From Acidobacteriota bacterium (GTDB lineage: Bacteria; Acidobacteriota; UBA6911; RPQK01; JAJDTT01), in NCBI GenBank assembly GCA_965263035.1, contig OZ253580.1, positions 3,744,001-3,808,000 on the forward strand: a DNA stretch of 64,000 bases, read 5' to 3'. Below the pieces are notes generated by a model that saw only the letters and a program-made list of their open reading frames with translations, made no database searches and was not told where the DNA came from. The position numbers and the translations under genes were made by a program. This document shows positions 53,582 through 64,000 of this stretch, in pieces (the stretch's first letter is position 1; every line of letters begins with the position of its first letter).

Positions 53582-55237
53582 ATGAATGCAGTGACGCGAT
53601 TCCACAGCCGAATTCGGGCCGGAACCCAGGTGGCCGGCTTCGGGAGTTCCTGGGGGAGAAGGACCTTCTTGAAGGCCGCCAGCCTCGGGATCTTCGGCGT
53701 TGCTCACGAACATCTGCGGGCCCAGGTTCGTGGCCATGAAGGCCCGGCCTGGTATCCGCTGGAGGATCTCTACCGTCGCATCCGGCGATTGGGCCGTGAG
53801 CATGGAGACTTTCTGAAGCTGGAGGATCTGGGCAGAAGCGTTCAGGGACGTCCCCTGATCGCGGTCCGTCTGAGCGACTGGTCGATCCCGGACGAGCACA
53901 AGGAGCACGTGCTCCTCACGACGCTCCACTCGGGCGGGGAACGGATCGGCCCCAGCGCCACGCTGGACCTGGTGGAGTGGCTGCTCTCCGGGCATCCCCG
54001 GGCCCGGCGGATTCTCGCCCGCCAGCAGGTCGTGTGCGTCCCCATCGTCAACCCGGACGGGTATGTGGCCGGCAGCTTCCACAATGCCCACGACCTGGAC
54101 CCCTACAACAGCTGGACTCTGGAGGGTCCGGTGCAACCGGAGAAACATCCTGAGGCCCGTGCCGTCAAGCATCTCATGGATGAACTGCAGCCCGAGGTGC
54201 ACGGAGACCTGCACGGCTCCTTCCTCGAGTTCTACGGATCCATCCACGCCGATACGGCGGCCGCCTACTCCAACGTCTCCCTGCGGCCGTATCATCACGA
54301 GATCATGCGTCTCATGAACGAGGCGGCTCTGGAGGAGGGTTACCCTGCCGATTGGCTGGAGGAAGATTCGGAACGCATGTTCTGGGGCCCCGATCTGGAC
54401 CGGATGCGGGAAAAGACATGGAAGGGCAGGCCCCGGGTCTATGCCGCCACGTATTGCTACAACCGCTACCACTCGCTGGTCACGGCCAACGAGAATGCGT
54501 GGGAACGAAGCGCGCTGCTCCGCTATCGCCGGTTGCTCGAAGTGGGGAACGAGGTCTGGCCCGGAGAGTATTACCCGGGGTACCCGACCCGGGTGATGAT
54601 GGGAAACGACCTGCATCGCCTGACCGCCTATGGAACCACGGCGGGAGCCCGCCGCAGGAGCCGGGTGGAGCTGTGGAACAAGCTGCGTCAGCTCAGCTTC
54701 GGCTTCGACTGGCCGGAGGTCGAGGGCATGGCTCTTTGCGCCTGTGCCACCTCTCGGGAAGCGGCCCGCAAGTGGTTGGGGGACAACACCCTCCTGGACA
54801 TGCTCTCTCGAATCGAACGTCATCCGGGGATGAACCTGGAGCCCATCCGGCAACTGGTCCATCGTCATCCCCTGGACGACGGCAAGCGCCCGGCGCGCTT
54901 TCTGGTGGAGGGGGGAGGCGCCAAGTTCTACCGGCAGGACTCCGGAACCGACCGTCTGGAGGCGGAGGAGAGCGGTCCCGTCCGTCACGGGATCTGCGTG
55001 CGGCTGCGAATCCCGTACCAGAACGCCCGCATCCTCGACCTCAGGCTCAACGGGCACGTCGTCGACCCGTCGGAATCAGATGGGTTCGTCAGTTGGGTGG
55101 CTCGGGGCTACACCCATGTCCAGATCGCCATCCCTCCCCGCACGACACGATCGGAGGAGGTCTTCCTGGTGACCTGCGAGTACGATCCCCGCGAGAGGCG
55201 GCGGCAGGGCAAGGTGCGATGGATCCCGAAAAAGTAA
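53582..55237 (+). CDS. Putative Tat-exported M14 zinc carboxypeptidase
   Basis: RRTFLK, GRSVQGRPL, HSGGE, P.VNPDG, DLHG. Confidence 0.75.
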   Translation: MNAVTRFHSRIRAGTQVAGFGSSWGRRTFLKAASLGIFGVAHEHLRAQVRGHEGPAWYPLEDLYRRIRRLGREHGDFLKLEDLGRSVQGRPLIAVRLSDWSIPDEHKEHVLLTTLHSGGERIGPSATLDLVEWLLSGHPRARRILARQQVVCVPIVNPDGYVAGSFHNAHDLDPYNSWTLEGPVQPEKHPEARAVKHLMDELQPEVHGDLHGSFLEFYGSIHADTAAAYSNVSLRPYHHEIMRLMNEAALEEGYPADWLEEDSERMFWGPDLDRMREKTWKGRPRVYAATYCYNRYHSLVTANENAWERSALLRYRRLLEVGNEVWPGEYYPGYPTRVMMGNDLHRLTAYGTTAGARRRSRVELWNKLRQLSFGFDWPEVEGMALCACATSREAARKWLGDNTLLDMLSRIERHPGMNLEPIRQLVHRHPLDDGKRPARFLVEGGGAKFYRQDSGTDRLEAEESGPVRHGICVRLRIPYQNARILDLRLNGHVVDPSESDGFVSWVARGYTHVQIAIPPRTTRSEEVFLVTCEYDPRERRRQGKVRWIPKK

Positions 55238-55247
55238 GGGTGGAATC

Positions 55248-56459
55248 GTGGTAGAGAGGGCGTCCAAGAACAACATCATCAGCTTCCTCTTCGAAAACTC
55301 GGTCTTCCTGATCGCCGGGGCATTTGGCGCCCTGTTGTGGGCCAATCTGGAGCACGGCTCCTACGAACATCTGATCCACTTGAAGCTTCTGGAGGACACG
55401 CTGTTCGGATCGCTGCAATCCGACGGCACGAAAGCCCTCGACCTCCACTACCTGGTCAACGACGTGCTGATGGCGTTCTTCTTCGCCATCGCCGGCAAGG
55501 AGGTCTGGGAAGCCACGCTTCCGGGCGGGCCGCTCAGCAGTCCCAAGCGAGCCGCCGTTCCCCTCGTCGCAGCCGTGGGCGGGATGGTGGCCCCCGCCGT
55601 CCTCTACCTGCTGGGAGCGGCTCTGATCGGGCGCTTCGACGAGCTGGCCAACGGCTGGGCCATTCCCTGCGCCACGGACATCGCCTTCAGCTACATGGTG
55701 GCCCGGATCGTCTTCGGCGCCGGCCATCCCGCGATTCCTTTCCTGTTGCTGCTGGCGATTGCCGACGACGCCATGGGCCTGCTGATTCTTGCGGCCTTCT
55801 ACCCGCAGGGAGAAGTGCAGATGCTCTGGATGATCCTGGCCATGGTCGGTGTGGGCGTCGCCTTCCTGTTTCAGCGCATGGGCCTCCGCAGCTTCTGGTG
55901 GTATCTGGCCGTTCCCGGCACCCTCTCGTGGATCGGGTTTGCGATGGCAGGCCTGCATCCGGCTCTGGGCCTGCTGCCCGTCATTCCCGCCATGCCTCAC
56001 CAACAGTCCGACAAGGGCCTCTTCGATTGGAAGGAGTTGGAGGCGACGGACACACTGAACGAGTTCGAGCATTGGTGGCAGAAACCGGTGGAGTTGATCC
56101 TGATGCTCTTCGGCCTCTTCAACGCCGGCGTATTGCTCAGCGCAGTGGATTCCCCCACCTTCCTGGTCCTGATCGGACTCCTGGCGGGAAAGCCGGTGGG
56201 CATCTGGTCCGGAGCCATGCTGGCCGCCAGAGGGTTTCGGTTGGGACTCCCCGAGGGGATCGGCTCCCGGGCCCTGGTGGTTGTGGGATTTGCTGCCGCG
56301 ATCGGGTTCACGGTGGCGCTTTTCGTGACGACCGTGGCATTTCCGGTGGGACAGATCCAGGACGCCGCCAAAATGGGTGCGCTGGGTTCTTTCGTCGCGG
56401 CCCTTCTCACATTTATCGTGGCCCGGGCCACGGGCATCAAACCAAAGACCGTGAAGTAG
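55248..56459 (+). CDS. nhaA: Na+/H+ antiporter NhaA
   Basis: VNDVLMAFFF, GWAIPCATDIAF, LAIADD, GKPVGI, IGFTVALF. Confidence 0.93.
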   Translation: MVERASKNNIISFLFENSVFLIAGAFGALLWANLEHGSYEHLIHLKLLEDTLFGSLQSDGTKALDLHYLVNDVLMAFFFAIAGKEVWEATLPGGPLSSPKRAAVPLVAAVGGMVAPAVLYLLGAALIGRFDELANGWAIPCATDIAFSYMVARIVFGAGHPAIPFLLLLAIADDAMGLLILAAFYPQGEVQMLWMILAMVGVGVAFLFQRMGLRSFWWYLAVPGTLSWIGFAMAGLHPALGLLPVIPAMPHQQSDKGLFDWKELEATDTLNEFEHWWQKPVELILMLFGLFNAGVLLSAVDSPTFLVLIGLLAGKPVGIWSGAMLAARGFRLGLPEGIGSRALVVVGFAAAIGFTVALFVTTVAFPVGQIQDAAKMGALGSFVAALLTFIVARATGIKPKTVK

Positions 56460-56481
56460 AAGTCGTTCCGCGGCTTTCGGC

Positions 56482-57945
<1,464 letters not shown>

Positions 57946-57950
57946 GCTCC

Positions 57951-60900
57951 TCACTCCCGAGTAATGGTTTCGTCCAGATTCAGAATGCTGCCGGTCACGG
58001 TGGTCCACGCGGCCAGCTCCACCGGGTCCAGGCTCTGGTCGTAGGCAGAATCGCCCACCTCGATCAGACGCCGCGCCGCCTCCGGATCCGACCTGTAGTA
58101 GCCTCGCTGCTGCTGGAGGATCCGGCCCAGGATCGGAGTCTCCCGAGAGTCGGGCACCCGTCCCGTAGCCAGACGGAAGGCCAAGCGGATCCGAGCCTCC
58201 GTGTCCGAAGCCGTTCCTTTCAGTGCACGTTGGGCCAGGGATCGGGCCGCCTCCACGTAAGTCGGGTCGTTCAGCAGGATCAGCGCCTGCAGCGGAGTGT
58301 TGGTCCGCGGCCGCCGCATGGTGCAGGTTTCCCGGTCGGGTGCGTCGAATGCCATCAATGTCGGCGGAGGAATCGTCCGCTTCCAGAAGGTGTAGAGGCC
58401 ACGGCGGTAGAGGTCCGAGCCCTCTCCTTGAACGTATTCCTGAGCCGTGTACTTCTCGCCGTAAGCCATTTCCTTCCACAATCCGGGTGGCTGGTAGGGA
58501 AAGACGCTGGGCCCGCCGATCGTGTTCATCAGAAGACCGCTGGCCCGCAGGGCGTTGTCACGAACCAGCTCGGCCGGCAGCCGGAACCGGGAGGCTCGCG
58601 CCAGCAGCCGGTTTTCCGGGTCCCTCTCCAACAGCTCCGGTGTGACGCGGGAACTCTGGCGGTAGGTGGCGGACGTGACCAGGAGCCTCTGCAGACCCTT
58701 CACCTCCCAGCCCGAGGCCACGAACCCGGTGGACAGCCAGTCCAGAAGTTCGGGGTGACTGGGTTGGTCTCCCTGGGAGCCGAAGTTCTCCGCCGACTTG
58801 ACGAAGCCGGTGCCGAAATACATCTGCCAGAATCGGTTCACCGTGACCCGGGCCGTCAACGGGTGGTCCGGGTCGACCAGCCATCGGGCCAGGCCCAGAC
58901 GGTTCGGAGAAGCATCTTGCGGCAACGGCGGCAGCGCCGCCGGAACTCCCGGTTCCACCGTCTCCCCTCGATTGCGGTAGTCTCCCCGATCCAGGACGAC
59001 CGTGTCCCGCGGTTCCCCCATCTCCTCCATCACCATGATGGTGGGAACGGCTGCCTGTAACTCCTGTTCTTCCCGGCGAAGGTCCTCCTGTTCCCGGTGC
59101 AGTTCCCGATAGAGGGCAGGTGCATCTTGCTCCAGGTAGAATCGGAACAGATCCTCCTGCTTCTGTTCGGTCCTCTCCTCCTCCCGCTCGAGCAGGATGG
59201 CTCGAATGGGATGGTAGACGGCCAATTGCTCCACTTCGTTCGCTGGCAGGTTCCGATCGTAGATGCGCACCTCGTCCATCTGGCCGTCGAACATCCCCTT
59301 GGCGTGGCGCCGGCCCAGAAGCAGCGGCCGCTCGGTCCTGATGGAGCCGGTCAGGCTGTCGTGCAGGACCTCGACTTCCTGACGCCTCCCGTCCAGGTAG
59401 AGGGCCACGCCGGAGGCTCTGCCGGAACCGTCGTAGGTGAGGGCCAGGTGATGCCATTCGTTCAAGGAAACAGGGGCAAGCGTCCGAACCTTGATGGCGT
59501 TGTCCGGCCAGGCATGAACCAGGTGCGCCATGAGCAGGGGACCGCTGTACTTGGGACCGTCATGCTCCTTGAAGTCGCCCACGAAAAGGTCATAGCCGCG
59601 AAGCCCCTCCACATCGTCCATGCGGGCGACGACGGCTTGGTCCCCCTCGTTCCTGAGACGGACCCAGGCCAGCAGAGAGAAGGAGTCGGTCCGGTCAAAC
59701 TCAGCCAAGTCGCCGAGGTCCACATGGGTCCGGATGGTGAATTTGAAAGCGCCTTCGACTTTACCCTCGGTCGGCACCAGTTCCTCGCCTCTGGGTTTCC
59801 CGTGACGATAGTGGCCACTGGTGTCCGAGGTGTGGTGATCCAATTCGTAGTGGGCCAGGAGGCCCTGGCGTGGACTCTCGGGGAGCTCGGCCAGTGTGGG
59901 CGCCTCCCACTCCCGTACCAAGGACTCCAAGCGACTCTCCGGCATCTGGGTCTCGATGGCTTCCAACCTTTCCCGTAACTTCTGCAGGCGCGTCGCCTGA
60001 TCCGGATAGGGTAATTGCATGACCGGAGCCGCGTTGCCTTTTCGGCCGTCCAGGCCCTTTTCGGGGATGGTGTTGAAGAACGCCGAAAAGCGGTAGAATT
60101 CCCGCTGCCGAATCGGGTCGTATTTGTGGTCGTGGCAGCGGGCGCACCCCATGGTCAGGCCCATCCAGACCGTCGACGTGGTGTTGACCCGGTCGACCAC
60201 GTACTCCAGCTGGTACTCCTCGGGAATGGCGCCGCCCTCGAAATTGATCATGTGGTTGCGGTTGAATCCGGTGGCCAGCTTCTGACGGACCGTGGCGCCG
60301 GGGAGAAGGTCGCCCGCCAGCTGCTCGATGGTGAACTCGTCGAAGGGCTGGTTCCGATTGAAGGAATCGATGACCCAGTCCCGCCAGAGCCACATGTCCC
60401 GATGGCTGTCGATGTGGTAGCCGTGGGTGTCGGCATAGCGGCTGGCGTCGAGCCACTCCAAGGCCATCCGCTCGCCGTAGTGCCCGGAGGAGAGGAGCCG
60501 TTCCACCACTCTTTCATAGGCCCCAGGGCTCCGGTCCGCCAGGAAGGCGTCCACCTCTTCCGGCGTGGGGGGCAGTCCGGTCAGGTCCAGGGTCAATCTA
60601 CGGATCAGGGTGACGCGGTCGGCTTCGGGAGACGGTTCAAGCCCCTCGCTTTCGAGGCGGGCCAGGATGAATCGGTCGACGGGGTTGCGGACCCAGGAGA
60701 CGCGGTTCACCTGGGGGAGGGCCGGCCGGCGAGGTTTGACGAAGGCCCAATGGTCCTGGGCCTCGGCGCCTTCGGTGATCCAGCGCCGGATGAGGTCGAT
60801 CTGATTCTGGTTCAGCTTCCGGTCGAATCCGGGTGGCGGCATCCGCGCCGCCTCGTGCTCCGCCGATATTCTCTGGTACAGGCGGCTCGATTCAGGGTCT

Positions 60901-61175
60901 CCCGGAGTGACGATCTTGTAGCCGTCCCGATCCTGGAACAGTCCCTCCTCCGAGTCCAGGTGCAGACCCGCCTGCCTCACCTTTTCGTCCGGGCCGTGAC
61001 AGGCGAAACAGTGGTCCGAGAGGATGGGGCGTATCTGGCGGCTGTAGTCTACGGCGCCGGCCGCCGCCTCGGCTTGAGCCGGTGACGGAACGGCACCGGA
61101 AGCCATCAACCCGACCAGAACCGCCGCCCTGGCCGTCAGTTCCGCAATGCTCTTCTTGCCGTCTGTTCGAATCAT
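57951..61175 (-). CDS. PSD1/planctomycete cytochrome c protein (DUF1549, LamG, DUF1553)
   Basis: CFACH and CARCH heme motifs, [15 protein letters not shown], LamG insert, [15 protein letters not shown]. Confidence 0.92.
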   Translation of the reverse strand: MIRTDGKKSIAELTARAAVLVGLMASGAVPSPAQAEAAAGAVDYSRQIRPILSDHCFACHGPDEKVRQAGLHLDSEEGLFQDRDGYKIVTPGDPESSRLYQRISAEHEAARMPPPGFDRKLNQNQIDLIRRWITEGAEAQDHWAFVKPRRPALPQVNRVSWVRNPVDRFILARLESEGLEPSPEADRVTLIRRLTLDLTGLPPTPEEVDAFLADRSPGAYERVVERLLSSGHYGERMALEWLDASRYADTHGYHIDSHRDMWLWRDWVIDSFNRNQPFDEFTIEQLAGDLLPGATVRQKLATGFNRNHMINFEGGAIPEEYQLEYVVDRVNTTSTVWMGLTMGCARCHDHKYDPIRQREFYRFSAFFNTIPEKGLDGRKGNAAPVMQLPYPDQATRLQKLRERLEAIETQMPESRLESLVREWEAPTLAELPESPRQGLLAHYELDHHTSDTSGHYRHGKPRGEELVPTEGKVEGAFKFTIRTHVDLGDLAEFDRTDSFSLLAWVRLRNEGDQAVVARMDDVEGLRGYDLFVGDFKEHDGPKYSGPLLMAHLVHAWPDNAIKVRTLAPVSLNEWHHLALTYDGSGRASGVALYLDGRRQEVEVLHDSLTGSIRTERPLLLGRRHAKGMFDGQMDEVRIYDRNLPANEVEQLAVYHPIRAILLEREEERTEQKQEDLFRFYLEQDAPALYRELHREQEDLRREEQELQAAVPTIMVMEEMGEPRDTVVLDRGDYRNRGETVEPGVPAALPPLPQDASPNRLGLARWLVDPDHPLTARVTVNRFWQMYFGTGFVKSAENFGSQGDQPSHPELLDWLSTGFVASGWEVKGLQRLLVTSATYRQSSRVTPELLERDPENRLLARASRFRLPAELVRDNALRASGLLMNTIGGPSVFPYQPPGLWKEMAYGEKYTAQEYVQGEGSDLYRRGLYTFWKRTIPPPTLMAFDAPDRETCTMRRPRTNTPLQALILLNDPTYVEAARSLAQRALKGTASDTEARIRLAFRLATGRVPDSRETPILGRILQQQRGYYRSDPEAARRLIEVGDSAYDQSLDPVELAAWTTVTGSILNLDETITRE

Positions 61176-61293
61176 GGAGACTCTGACGCCGGTGTCGAAT
61201 CCGTCCGGGCCCGGTCCTGGGAGCGCTCACCAAGGCCGTGCCAAGAGTGTACGCCCGTGGAAGTCTGCCCGGCAACCCGCGGATACACTGAGG

Positions 61294-61337
61294 CTTCAAT
61301 CTATCTTCACGGCTTCTTAAAACGCTCCCCGTACACT
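61294..61337 (+). promoter_or_regulatory. Three 11-bp-phased direct repeats (OmpR/PhoB-type box) plus a -10 element
   Basis: CTTCAATCTAT CTTCACGGCTT CTTAAAACGCT, then TACACT at 61332-61337. Confidence 0.45.
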
Positions 61338-61377
61338 CCCAGCGGTTCTTCTCCCTGTCGAGGGAGGAGGACTGCGC

Positions 61378-61446
61378 ATGGTCGCGTGCGCAAGAACTGA
61401 TTGGCTGGAGGGGTTGCCTGCCCACGGAGCTCCGGCTCGGGTGTGA
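61378..61446 (+). CDS. 22-aa small ORF (gene remnant or leader peptide)
   Basis: GGAGGAGG Shine-Dalgarno 7 nt before ATG; MVACARTDWLEGLPAHGAPARV. Confidence 0.3.
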   Translation: MVACARTDWLEGLPAHGAPARV

Positions 61447-61456
61447 CCCTTTTTTT
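61439..61456 (+). terminator. Short hairpin plus T7, weak terminator-like
   Basis: GGGT-GTG-ACCC followed by TTTTTTT. Confidence 0.3.
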
Positions 61457-61623
61457 GGCCATTCCAGGGGAGCAATACTCGCCTGCTCAATCCCAAACGA
61501 CGATGTGGGTGGCAGTTTCTCCGAAGGCCCGAAAATACACAGGGATTTCAAGCCGTCTTAATAATTTCCCTTACCTGTCCAGCCTAGAATCCCGCCTGGA
61601 TTTGGCCCCCAAGAGAGGGACGG

Positions 61624-64000
61624 ATGCGCATGCAAATCGAAGGTGAGAGCCGGTCTGCAACGTGGTCATTCTGCCTGATGGCCGCGCTGAATTTTTCCCA
61701 GGTCCAACCGTTGGCCGCGGCGGAGAGCAAAGCCGCCGAGCCCAGCGACGTGTCCGCCATCGGCACTCTTTCGGGTTTCGTGGTCAACGTGGCCAACGGC
61801 ACCTTTCTCACCGGCGTGGAAGTCCGAACCCGTCCTCAGGCCGGTCAGGCGGTTTCGAATCTGGACGGCATCTTCCAGATGGACGTTCCCGCCGGGACCT
61901 ACGAACTGGAGGTCCAGAAAGAGGGTTACATCCCCCAGGTCATCCGCGGAGTGAAGGTGGCCGAGGCCGACCAGGCCTCCGAAGCCGCCCTTCTGGTGGA
62001 ACGGAAGACGGCACCCACGGTGAGCGATTCCATCGGGGCCCAGGAGATGTCCCGGATGGTCGGCTCCGACGCCAGCGACGTGATGCAGCGGGTCACCGGG
62101 GTCTCCATCGTGGACAGCAAGTACGTCTACATCCGGGGCCTGGGGGAGCGCTACAGCTCCACCATGCTCAACGGCGCCGTGGTCCCCTCCACCCGTCCGG
62201 ACAAGAAGGTGGTCCCCATGGACCTCGTTCCTGCCGCGTTGCTGCAGAACATCCGCACCGAGAAGTCCTACACCCCCGACCAGCCGGGCGAGTTCTCCGG
62301 CGGCCTGGTGAAGATGAACACGGTGGATTTTCCCCGCAGTCCCATCCTCAAGCTCAGCTATGGGACCGGCTTCGGCAGCACCACCACCTTCAAGGACTTC
62401 GCCGACTATCCGGGCGGCAGCCGGGACTGGCTCGGATTCGACGACGGGACCCGCGTGCTGCCGAGCGGGATTCCCAACCAGAGACTGACGCGTCGTGGAC
62501 CCTTCTCCGATACGGGTTTTACGCCGACCGAGTTGCAGGGCTACGGGCAGTCCTTCAGCAACGTCTGGACGCCTCGCGGTGGTCGGAACGCGATTCCCAA
62601 CCAGAGTTTCAACTTCATGGCCGGCAACACCTTCGGCAAGTTGGGAGTGGTCCTGGCCCTTTCCCACGGCAACAAATCGCACCGGCAGCAGGAAAGCCGG
62701 AACTACTACCGTTCGGCGGGTCAGGGGAAGCTCTCCCCCTTGCGGGAATACGAGATGGACTTCAGCACCCGCTCCATCCTGACCGGCATCACCGCCAACT
62801 TCGCCTACGAGCTCACCGACAACAACCGGATCCAGTTCCAGAACTTCTTCAGCAAGGACACCAGCGACGAGTCCCGTTTCTTCGAGGGTTACGACTCGGA
62901 CGGGCAACAGCTTTCTGACTTGGCGTCTTTCTTACTCCCTCTCCAGCCTGGACGAACCGGATCTGCGAGAAGCTCTCTACGAAGAACGGAACGATCGCTT
63001 CCTGCTGGCCGACGAGAGCCAGAGCGGCTTCCGGCTCTTCAACGACCTGGATGAGGACATCTGGGAGCCGGGTCTCGACTGGACCACCTATTTCAACCAC
63101 GGCAGCGTGAACAGCTCCATCAAGGTCGGAGCGTCCTACCGGTCGCGCCAGCGGGACTTCCTCTCGCGGGGGTTCCGGTTCGCTCCCCTGCGGACGGCGG
63201 GGATCGATCTGACCCAGACGCCGGAGCGGATCTTCACCCCCCGGAATATCCATCCCAGCGGCTTCGAGCTGCGGGAGGAGACGCGCCCCACCGACACCTA
63301 CGACGCCAAGCAATTGACCCGCGCCGGCTACGCCATGCTGGATCTGTCCATCGACAATTGGCGGTTCATCGGCGGCGCGCGGGTGGAGGCCGATTCGCAA
63401 CGCGTGGAGACCTTCGATCCCTTTGACCGCACGGCCCCTACGGGCGTCTCGACGCGCCTCGACAACACGGACCTGCTCCCCGCCTTCTCGGTGGTGTACC
63501 GCCTCGACAACGACATGAATCTGCGGGGTGGCTACGGAAGGACCCTGAATCGCCCCGAGTTTCGCGAGTTGTCTCCCTTCGAATTCACCGACGTGGTGGG
63601 AGGCCGGGCCGTTGTCGGCGACCCGGAATTGGTCCGGGCCCGGATCCAGAACTGGGACTTTCGGTGGGAATGGTTCATGAGTTCCAACGAACTGCTTTCG
63701 GCCGGCTTCTTCTTCAAGGACTTCGAGAACCCCATTGAGAGAGATTCAGTTGACCGCTCAGCTCAGGACCTCCTTCATCAACGCGCAGGGCGCCAAGAAT
63801 CTGGGGATCGAGTTGGAGACACGCAAGAACCTGGGCGGCCTCTCGTCCGCTCTGCAGAACTTCTTCGTCTCGGCCAACTACACCTTGGTCGACTCGGCGG
63901 TGGAAATCTCCCGAGAGCAGGTTCCGTTGGTCACCAAATTGAATCGGGTGTTGGAAGGACAATCCCGGCACATCTGCAACGGGGTCCTTCAGTACGAGCA
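61624..64000 (+). pseudogene. TonB-dependent receptor, frameshifted; runs off the window end
   Basis: Carboxypeptidase-regulatory-like N-domain and plug (YVYIRGLGERYS). The barrel continues in other frames after about 62902 (GNSFLTWRLSY...NRPEFRELSPF) and about 63743 (IQLTAQLRTSF...GIELE). Confidence 0.8.

Overview
GC-rich bacterial chromosomal window of about 47 genes, densely coding. Gene content suggests an Acidobacteriota-like organism; a marine or host-associated lifestyle is a weak inference. Most of it is housekeeping: thrB, aroD-aroE fusion, pgsA, uvrC, yjjX, suhB, ispF/ispD, radA, dnaB, rplI/rpsR/rpsF, hppA, pth, rplY, prs, ispE, ileS, fabH, queE, nth, thiD and nhaA. Accessory blocks include two NHL proteins, a DUF1080 protein, a dimethylglycine-oxidase-like gene with a divergent ComA and an SSS transporter, an opine dehydrogenase block, a PSD1/DUF1501 pair and a decaying TonB-dependent receptor. 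I found no rRNA, tRNA, CRISPR array or transposase. The most notable non-routine signals are: (1) two families of ~160-bp hairpin MITE-like repeats that nest, collapse by microhomology deletion, overlap stop codons, supply TG extended -10 bases and insert in-frame into a gene; (2) an apparent LspA-LolA fusion; (3) repeated leaderless-type promoters; (4) a non-canonical ComA co-oriented with a dimethylglycine oxidase homolog. All product calls come from motif recognition by eye, not from database searches.
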